Positions 55,993 through 62,517 of a stretch of DNA of 62,517 nt are shown here, in pieces (positions within the stretch are counted from its first letter, which is position 1; each line of letters starts with the position of its first letter). The position numbers were made by a program, and so were the translations under genes. A model generated the notes under the pieces. The model saw nothing but the letters and a program-made list of their open reading frames with translations. It had not been told where the DNA came from and searched no databases. The stretch is from the IMG/VR virus record IMGVR_UViG_3300044797_000113, positions 1 through 62,517 of that record; one strand, given 5' to 3'. This DNA is from a virus. Taxonomy: Duplodnaviria > Caudoviricetes.

Positions 55993-56466
55993 TCACTCGC
56001 CCCCGAACGGTGCTTCGTTCTGCGGGTCGGCGACCGTCTCGGCAGGATCGGCAGGATCGGCCAGCGCCAGTTCCTTCTGCAACTCGGCTGGCGTCATCTG
56101 GTCGACGGAAACCGTCTCCGAGGTGTCGAGGCGCACGGTCGTCTTGATGCCGGGTTTGGGGTCGTCGAGGCGAACTTCGCACGTCACGGAACGGTACTCG
56201 AATCCGCTGGTGATGTTGCTGGAAAGCTCGCTGATCTTGGAGGTGACGCGCTCCGATCTGGCCTTGAACTGCGTCTTGACCGTGGCGAACTCGTTCTCGA
56301 TCTGTGCCGCCTCCTGGTGCGCCTCGGCGATCTGGCGTCCCTTCTCGAGCATTTCCTCCTTGGTGAAGAGGACGCGCAGTTGCAGGGAGATTTTCTTGGG
56401 CAGCGTGATGGCGGGCGCAGCGGCTTCGGCCGCGGTGGTGGCTGTGACTGTGGGTTTGGTGGGCAT
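55993..56466 (-). CDS. Conserved phage hypothetical protein
   Basis: Coiled coil followed by GFEYRSVTC...RLDT. Confidence 0.7.
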   Translation of the reverse strand: MPTKPTVTATTAAEAAAPAITLPKKISLQLRVLFTKEEMLEKGRQIAEAHQEAAQIENEFATVKTQFKARSERVTSKISELSSNITSGFEYRSVTCEVRLDDPKPGIKTTVRLDTSETVSVDQMTPAELQKELALADPADPAETVADPQNEAPFGGE

Positions 56467-56469
56467 AAA

Positions 56470-57456
56470 TTAAAATGGCTCGGGTTCGGGTGCTGTGGTG
56501 GACGTCGCGGCCGGAGCCTGAGTGGCCGGCTTCACGGCATCCTCTTTCCACTTCGCGAGTTTGTCCTTCAGCGCGACACGGTCGGACTTCGGCACAGTGT
56601 CCCACCAGGCTTTGAGGGCGTCGAGCCCCTGGCCGGCGGCGTTGGCGCCTTCGGCGGAGAAGTCGCGGTCGGCGGCAGCGGGCTTCCCCTGTGCCCATTC
56701 GGCGATTTTCTGTCCGATGTCCTCACTGAGAGGCTGAGGGTCCGCGAAAATGTCGGTGAACTGGCGGGCGGTCTTGATCATCATTTTCTCGCCCACCTCG
56801 TCGGACACCCATGTAGGAACTCCGCCGGCGTGTGGCATAAGGAGGCAGCAAGCGGTCATCTCGAACACGAGCTCGCTGCTTCCGATTGGCATGAAGCCGA
56901 TGTTTTCAATCTCGGTCTTCCCCTCGCGCTTCATGGGCTTCACCTTCTCCTTGGCGCGGAAGTTCATGATGAGGTTCGCCTTCAACTGAAGGATGCCGTC
57001 GATCATGGCTCGGCGCTCCTGGGATGGTTTGATGAAACTTGCGAGCTTGCATGCCTGGCGCTTCCCCCAGTTGTCGCCGGCCATGCGATCCAGCTCCGCT
57101 TCGGCGTATTCCAAATATCCACCGGCGCCGGAATGTTCATGGGTCATAGAGTCGACGACGATGGTGTTGACTCCCTTGTCGACAAAATGCCGGATGGCTG
57201 CGAGGTAGTCTAGCGACCGGAACGGCGCCTTGAAGTCCATATGCTGGAACTTGAAGTAGTCGGCGTAGTGGAGGGCGCGGCTGGCCTCGGTGTCTATCAC
57301 CCCGATCAGGCCGCCGGAAACACGTTGGATGCCCGTTGCGAGGCGAAGGGCGGACATGGTCTTGCCGCCGCCGGCTGGGCCCATGATTCCTAGAAGCACG
57401 GGCACGCTTTGGCGTGTGGCCAGCTTGTCTTCAAATGTACGCGGTGAGTTTGACAT
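56470..57456 (-). CDS. AAA_24 ATPase (Sak4-like recombination/annealing protein)
   Basis: GPAGGGKTMSALRLA, IDTE, VVDSMTHE and FEMT. Confidence 0.85.
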   Translation of the reverse strand: MSNSPRTFEDKLATRQSVPVLLGIMGPAGGGKTMSALRLATGIQRVSGGLIGVIDTEASRALHYADYFKFQHMDFKAPFRSLDYLAAIRHFVDKGVNTIVVDSMTHEHSGAGGYLEYAEAELDRMAGDNWGKRQACKLASFIKPSQERRAMIDGILQLKANLIMNFRAKEKVKPMKREGKTEIENIGFMPIGSSELVFEMTACCLLMPHAGGVPTWVSDEVGEKMMIKTARQFTDIFADPQPLSEDIGQKIAEWAQGKPAAADRDFSAEGANAAGQGLDALKAWWDTVPKSDRVALKDKLAKWKEDAVKPATQAPAATSTTAPEPEPF

Positions 57457-57459
57457 GGC

Positions 57460-58644
57460 TTAAATGGTTGAGGCTTTGTTCTCGATCCACAGGGCGAATT
57501 TCTCAGCCTGGTCGTGACAACTGGCGGCGGCGGCGCGACCGGCGTCGGTCACGCAATCGGGCGTCTGCAGGGCGCGGACAGATTGGGCGAACGCGGAGAT
57601 CTTCACGCGGTCGGGCGCCTTGGCTGCGGTTTGTCTGGCAAGTTCTTCGGCGGCCTTCCGGTCAGATTCCGCCTTGGCCGCATCGGCAATTCGCCTTGCC
57701 TCGGATTCCCTGGCTGCCCGGACCTCGGCTTCGGCCTTCTCGCGGGCCCTGGCTTCCTCGTTGGCCTTCTTCCATGCGGCCTCTTGGTCGGCTTTGGCTT
57801 TGGCTGCGGCTGCCTCGAGCTCTACGCGGGCAGCTTTCTCGATCTTCTCGGCCTTGGCCTGTGCCTCCGCGAGAATCGCGGCGCGTTCTGCGGCTGCTTT
57901 CGCCTCTGCTTCGGCCTTTTCCTTGGCAACCCGTTCACGCTCTGCCCGCGCAGCCTCCTCTGCCGCCTTCCGTTCGGCCGCTGCCTTGGCCTCGCGCTCC
58001 TCGGCTTCCTTCTTGAGCCGTTCGTTTTCCTCGCGCATGGCCTTCTCCCGGGCGAGCCGTTCGTTCTCCTGGCGGATTCTGTCCTCCTCGGCCTTTCGCT
58101 GGGCGTCAAGGCGCTGCTGGTGGGCCAGCTTTGTGTTATCGAGGAGCTGGTCGAACGACTCCCGGGACATTTCCCCCAGGCTGAAAAACGTCGTGTCGAC
58201 CTTGTAGACGGCCAGCTGAATCTCTCGTTCGGCCTTCAAGGCGGCCTTCCGCGCTGCTTCCTGCCGTTCCTCGAACTTCTCCTGGTCCTCCAAGTGCTGT
58301 TCGACCGGCTCGATCGTGCACTTGACCAGCGTTGCCATGGCGTCGATCGCCTTTCCGCGGCGCAGCGAGTCCTCTTTCAGCGTCTTTCGCTCAGACTCGA
58401 CCCGGCACCGAACGTCCTTCAGGGCGAGCCGGAGCGTCTTGACCAGCTTCTTGTCGGTCGGCGTGCTGGCCGCCGTGATATTGATGGACTTGGCCCGGTC
58501 GATCAACTGGCCGGCCTCGGCAAACAACGGCTGGAATCGGGACAGACAGGCTTGACGGCTCTGGGCCTCAAGCTGGTACGGCGCGACGGCTGCGGAAAGC
58601 GGCGATTCGTCGGCGACTTCTAGGGCGAGTGGTTCGGTGGACAT
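57460..58644 (-). CDS. Long coiled-coil protein
   Basis: RKTLKEDSLRRGKAID...EPVE..L, then E/A/R/K repeats. Confidence 0.75.
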   Translation of the reverse strand: MSTEPLALEVADESPLSAAVAPYQLEAQSRQACLSRFQPLFAEAGQLIDRAKSINITAASTPTDKKLVKTLRLALKDVRCRVESERKTLKEDSLRRGKAIDAMATLVKCTIEPVEQHLEDQEKFEERQEAARKAALKAEREIQLAVYKVDTTFFSLGEMSRESFDQLLDNTKLAHQQRLDAQRKAEEDRIRQENERLAREKAMREENERLKKEAEEREAKAAAERKAAEEAARAERERVAKEKAEAEAKAAAERAAILAEAQAKAEKIEKAARVELEAAAAKAKADQEAAWKKANEEARAREKAEAEVRAARESEARRIADAAKAESDRKAAEELARQTAAKAPDRVKISAFAQSVRALQTPDCVTDAGRAAAASCHDQAEKFALWIENKASTI

Positions 58645-58650
58645 AAGATT

Positions 58651-59520
58651 TCAGGTGGTGCTCATCATCTCCCGGTACTCCGCGTACTTCGGTGCCTCGA
58701 CGCGGACAACGCCGGTGGCGTAGGACGGCCATTTTCCGGTTCGCATCCCTTCTCCCCAGCGTTTCAGGGCCCGGTCGTAGCGGGTCTGGCCGATTGCCTG
58801 GTACATGCCGGTCATTTCGACGGGCGTGCAAAGGAACGGGAATTTGTTCTCGACGTACACGTAAATTACGCGTGTCCGTCCGATCGAATCGGGATGCGCC
58901 GCGGTCACGCCGGCCGAAAGGTGACAGGCTTTGATGTCGTACCCCATGTCGTAAATGTTCCGCGCCGCGAAGTCCGGATCGGAGGATCCTGAGATTTTCA
59001 AATCGAAGATCGTTGTCTGGTTCGCGCCCAGGGTGAGCCGGTCGACCCGGCAACGCGCGAATAGGTCGGGCTCCGGTTTCCAGATGCAAGTGACTTCGGA
59101 TTTTCCGTCGGCCCATTCGACCGCCAATCCGTATTCGCCCAGCCAGTTGAATGTCTCGTCGCGGAGTTTTTGGGCGTTGACGTAGGTCGGGCGAAGCACA
59201 GGGATCTTGCCAGCCTCCCGGGCCGAGTCGCGGAACTCCTTCGCGGCTTTGGTCGTAAAGTTGTCAAACTCGCCAATCTCGAAGTCCTGGCCTTTGCCGA
59301 GGATGAGCAGATGGCAGATTGATCCGAAGTCCATGATCTTGGATTCCTCCTCGGATGGAGCCTTGGACTTACCGAGCCTGACGTGCTGGTAGAACGCATG
59401 CCGCGGCGTCTCTGCGGCGAGCGTCACGGCTACGGAGCCGGAGAGGGAAGGGCCAGGGGCCGGGTCCGCATGGTAGAGGTCATGCGGGCAGTCGTCGTAC
59501 ATGCCGGGTTCAAGTGTCAT
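58651..59520 (-). CDS. PD-(D/E)XK exonuclease VIII / RecE-like (DUF3799-like)
   Basis: PGMY...YHAD...SLS.S, FGS..H, RCRVD, DLK and GYDI. Confidence 0.85.
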   Translation of the reverse strand: MTLEPGMYDDCPHDLYHADPAPGPSLSGSVAVTLAAETPRHAFYQHVRLGKSKAPSEEESKIMDFGSICHLLILGKGQDFEIGEFDNFTTKAAKEFRDSAREAGKIPVLRPTYVNAQKLRDETFNWLGEYGLAVEWADGKSEVTCIWKPEPDLFARCRVDRLTLGANQTTIFDLKISGSSDPDFAARNIYDMGYDIKACHLSAGVTAAHPDSIGRTRVIYVYVENKFPFLCTPVEMTGMYQAIGQTRYDRALKRWGEGMRTGKWPSYATGVVRVEAPKYAEYREMMSTT

Positions 59521-59567
59521 TGCGAAGAGGGACGGTTGGACGGTGGATGGGGCGACGCAAGCACAAT

Positions 59568-59586
59568 TTACGCTTTTTGCGTAGGC
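59568..59586. promoter_or_regulatory. Operator copy (reverse complement GCCTACGCAAAAAGCGTAA)
   Basis: Upstream of the RecE-like operon; matches the other three copies. Confidence 0.6.
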
Positions 59587-59764
59587 TGCAAATCGGGGTC
59601 GGGAATGAGTCGGGAAATGGCCTGGGCGTAATGCGCCGGGCATGGGCAATGGATCACGGGTATCTCGGCTCTGAGTGCCCACGCTGTGTCCGTGACCGAG
59701 TCCTCGCAAAGCTGGCAGATTTCGACAGCAATCCAGGACTCTCTAGTGCGAGATCGGGCGAAGG

Positions 59765-59992
59765 TCACGGTGCTTGCGGTTTGAACTCCCACAGTCCGAT
59801 TTCGTACTCGGCGTTTGTCCATTCAGGGTTCTGTACAGATACCCGTTCACCGTCCACGTCGACGGTCACGTATTGGGTTATTTCTTCGGAGTAGTCGCCT
59901 CGGTATAGGGCGGCCTCGGCTGCGGAGATCGTGTGAAACCGTCGGCCGATTACACACGATTCCACGCCTCGATCTTGGAACGCGTGACTCAT
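59765..59992 (-). CDS. Small hypothetical protein
   Basis: GTGA-coupled at both ends. Confidence 0.5.
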   Translation of the reverse strand: MSHAFQDRGVESCVIGRRFHTISAAEAALYRGDYSEEITQYVTVDVDGERVSVQNPEWTNAEYEIGLWEFKPQAP

Positions 59993-60448
59993 ACGCTAAC
60001 CCCATATCTCTGCCGCCTGTCAAACATGGCATGGCGGCCGTAAATCACCCTGTCGCCGGAGTCGCGCTGGCGGACCCAGGCGGCGCGGCGGGACATTTCG
60101 AAACGGCCCGCTGGCGTGAGTCGGTAAGACATACGAAAAACCGAAGGATCAAACCAACCGGTAAAGCTGTTTTCATGGCGGAACTCCCAAAATCGAGAAT
60201 CGCGGGGAGGCTGAATTTCTATGTATGGGCACTCTGTGCCCACGCTTGCCCAGCCCGTCTCCGGCGCCACCCCTTGCGAGGCAGCGCCGGAGTTGTCTGG
60301 AACACCGCCCGAGATCACCCCTGAGACCGGGCGGGTCGTCGTCTCGCCGGAACCAACCGGCGAAAGCGAAAGTGTCGATGCGACGTTGGATTGAGCGTCG
60401 ATTACTTGCCACATGAATCGGTCCATTTTGTCGAGTCCCGGGTGTTCG

Positions 60449-60859
60449 TCATTCATGGCTTATTTCCTCCCTGTAAAGGTTTCCGACTCTGACCGCACTC
60501 TCTGGAATCTTGCGATACCTGAGAATCTTGTCGATGCCGCCGGTGAGGCCCCATCTCCAGCAAGTCGCTAGGTGCTCGGGCGTGATGGCGATATTCCGCT
60601 GGGTGAGCTCCCGGACCAGCCATGCGAGGTGACGGTTCGCGCAGTCGGCGGCAAGACGATCAACCCCGCAGTATTTCAAGAAGCTTCGACCGAACATATA
60701 ATCCTGCCAGACAGCCTCCGAGATTTGCCACCGGGTTCGTTCGCCGCGGCGCCCGATCTTCTTGGGATCGTCTCCTGATTCTACCTCAGCGAGAGCGTGC
60801 AGGAATACGGCCGGCTCAAACGCTGGCGCGTGGATGGCTGGAACGTCAAGTGGGATCAT
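60449..60859 (-). CDS. Lysozyme-like / lytic transglycosylase-like protein
   Basis: ALAEVESG...G..GE...WQI...W catalytic-Glu pattern; WRWG...RV. Confidence 0.65.
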   Translation of the reverse strand: MIPLDVPAIHAPAFEPAVFLHALAEVESGDDPKKIGRRGERTRWQISEAVWQDYMFGRSFLKYCGVDRLAADCANRHLAWLVRELTQRNIAITPEHLATCWRWGLTGGIDKILRYRKIPESAVRVGNLYREEISHE

Positions 60860-61086
60860 GGGTCAATTTTCCCAGGCTTGGTGAATATCCGGTCCGATAC
60901 CATCGTGGTGATGCCGCCGGCGATGATCGGCCACAAAACGGCCGTAATGACGATGCTGGCGATTTGCAGAGCGACTGGCAGCGTCGCGCGGCGGATACCG
61001 GCCCGGACCTGGAACATCCTCTCGATCACCATGCCCAAGGCAAACAGCAACCCGATCGCGAGGTAGAATTTAACAAAGGGATTCAT
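60856..61086 (-). CDS. Small two-TM membrane protein
   Basis: MNPFVKFYLAIGLLFALG... and IASIVITAVLWPII. Confidence 0.55.
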   Translation of the reverse strand: MNPFVKFYLAIGLLFALGMVIERMFQVRAGIRRATLPVALQIASIVITAVLWPIIAGGITTMVSDRIFTKPGKIDP

Positions 61087-61584
61087 GGCACGTATTTGGT
61101 TCCGGTCCCGTTGCAGTCCGGACAACTGTGCGCCGTCGATCGCTCGCCGGCCTGTCCGAGTTGGTAGACTTTGCCTCGGCAATATGGGCATAGGACGTGA
61201 TGGCGGTCGCCGTCGTCTCTCCCCTCCGGATCTGGGTCGTTTGGGTCGTAGTCTTTCATGCGGTGCGTTGCTTGGTCCTGAACTTGTCTCGCGGGCCGAT
61301 CGCGTGCGCGGACTTGCCGACGCCGTTTCGACGCATGCGTTGACAGAAGTTCTCAATGCCCTTGTCTCCGAGCTCGCACGGCAGGCGGATCGCCCAGAGT
61401 ACGCCGGCGCGAATCAGCCGGTCGCGTTCGTCAACGGTAAGCGGTGAGATCATCGAGGGCGGCGCGGGCGTCGAGGGCTTCGGAGGCGTGGATAGCTGCC
61501 GGGGTCACCAGAGGATGCCGTTGTAGGCCGCCATCATCAGGGCGGAGGCCAGGAGGGCGCAGAGGTTGGACTTGGCGAGGTCGG

Positions 61585-61797
61585 TCATACCCCATCCTTC
61601 ATGTCGGCGTGGCTTGCGGCTGCCTTGAATTGCGGCCACCAGTAGGAGTTGAAGTCCATCCAAACGCCGCGGGTGTTATGGAAGCCCTGGCTGTCCTCGT
61701 GGACCGCCTTGAAACGCACGAATTGCACGTTCCGCTTGAACCGGTGACGACGGGCGGGTGAGCCGTTACAGGTGCCGTATTGCCAGAAAAAGCTCAT
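61585..61797 (-). CDS. Small hypothetical protein
   Basis: ATG directly after the 19-bp repeat. Confidence 0.5.
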   Translation of the reverse strand: MSFFWQYGTCNGSPARRHRFKRNVQFVRFKAVHEDSQGFHNTRGVWMDFNSYWWPQFKAAASHADMKDGV

Positions 61798-61798
61798 G

Positions 61799-62202
61799 GC
61801 TCGGGTTGGTTGGTGCTCAGGGCTTGGCCTGCTGCGTGGCGAGCCATTCAGCGCGGACTTCCTGGAAGCTGTTGGCGAGAGCGAACCAAAACTCGCGTGA
61901 GGCGCGGTCGGTCGGCATGTCCTTGGGAAGCGTCACCTTGCCGGTGGTGAAATTAATGTCGATCTGGCCTCCGCTTGGAATGGCGATGATCATGTGGGTG
62001 GCGGCGCCGTTGCTTGGATCAAGAATCAGATATGACATAGGCGTCACGGCGACAGTGAGTTTGTCCATCTTTAGGATCGGGCTTTCGCTGTATGGGCGCG
62101 GCGGATTCGGGGTGACGATGATCGGTGTTTGGGCACAAGCGAATGACGCCAGGGCGAAGAACAGGATGGCGGTTTTCATGGGTGCTCGGGTTGGTTGGTG
62201 CT
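61799..62202. repeat. 19-bp direct repeats GCTCGGGTTGGTTGGTGCT (61799-61817 and 62184-62202) flanking one gene
   Basis: Exact match of both copies. Confidence 0.85.
61817..62179 (-). CDS. Secreted hypothetical protein
   Basis: Signal peptide MKTAILFFALASFACA-Q. Confidence 0.7.
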   Translation of the reverse strand: MKTAILFFALASFACAQTPIIVTPNPPRPYSESPILKMDKLTVAVTPMSYLILDPSNGAATHMIIAIPSGGQIDINFTTGKVTLPKDMPTDRASREFWFALANSFQEVRAEWLATQQAKP

Positions 62203-62517
62203 GTGGCGGCCTGCGCGCTTCGTGTCCATGTCTTGAATAAGTCTCTTGGCGGCTTCGGACGCAAATTGCCCGAACTCAGCAGCATTCCAACTGATCCCCT
62301 CGATAAAGCCTCGATAGGTCGCCATTTCGATTCTGTCCAGCCCATGCACCTTGACGGCCTCGGCGCGTTCGGCGCGGAGTTGGGCAAGCTCGGCCTCGGC
62401 GCGTTCGGCGCGGGCTTGGGCGGCGGCAAGTTCGTCCATCGTCTTCTTGCGGTCACTCAGTTCCTCGCGCCAGCCGGGAATGAACACATCTAGTTCGGTG
62501 TCGCCAAATCCTCCACG
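62176..62517 (-). CDS. 3' part of the join-spanning gene that starts at 559
   Basis: In frame with 1..559 through the terminal overlap. Confidence 0.7.
   Translation of the reverse strand, partial: RGGFGDTELDVFIPGWREELSDRKKTMDELAAAQARAERAEAELAQLRAERAEAVKVHGLDRIEMATYRGFIEGISWNAAEFGQFASEAAKRLIQDMDTKRAGRHSTNQPEHP

Noticed and set aside
56470-59520. RecE-like + coiled coil + AAA_24 module as a novel system
   Set aside because: A common phage recombination module.
62355-62413. 23-bp direct repeat near the end
   Set aside because: Encodes a repeated RAERAEA coiled-coil unit.
62391-62517. Biological direct terminal repeat
   Set aside because: It is exactly 127 nt and falls mid-gene, which fits an assembler overlap.
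1-62517. tRNAs, CRISPR array, integrase, alternative genetic code
   Set aside because: None recognisable by eye, and genes are intact in code 11 using all three stops. A tRNAscan/HMM run is still needed to be sure.

Overview
This window is almost certainly a complete, circularly assembled tailed-phage genome of about 62.39 kb: bases 1-127 equal 62391-62517, and one gene reads in frame across the join. The layout is podovirus-like. A minus-strand early/replication arm (about 56.0 kb through the join to 17.4 kb) carries a RecE-like nuclease, an AAA_24 ATPase, many small genes, a PAPS-reductase-like protein, an SF2 helicase, a VRR-NUC nuclease, a DnaB-N/AAA_25 protein and TerL. A plus-strand structural arm (17.4-56.0 kb) carries portal, scaffold, major capsid, collagen-like fibres, tail tube A/B-like proteins, ejection proteins, tailspikes and a lysis-like cassette. 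I could not recognise an integrase, DNA polymerase, tRNA or CRISPR array. The most unusual features are: (1) a ~9.6 kb glycosyltransferase/methyltransferase/epimerase/acetyltransferase cluster between scaffold and major capsid, next to Thr/Ser-rich collagen fibre genes, suggesting a virion glycosylation system; (2) two tailspike/fibre proteins that start with Sec-type signal peptides; (3) a dif-like XerCD site plus an IHF consensus beside an isolated TerS in an integrase-less phage; (4) a cupin-SET-domain fusion in the tail/ejection module; (5) a four-copy palindromic operator linked to an HTH/ART-fold-like gene pair. All functional calls come from reading motifs by eye; no database searches were run.
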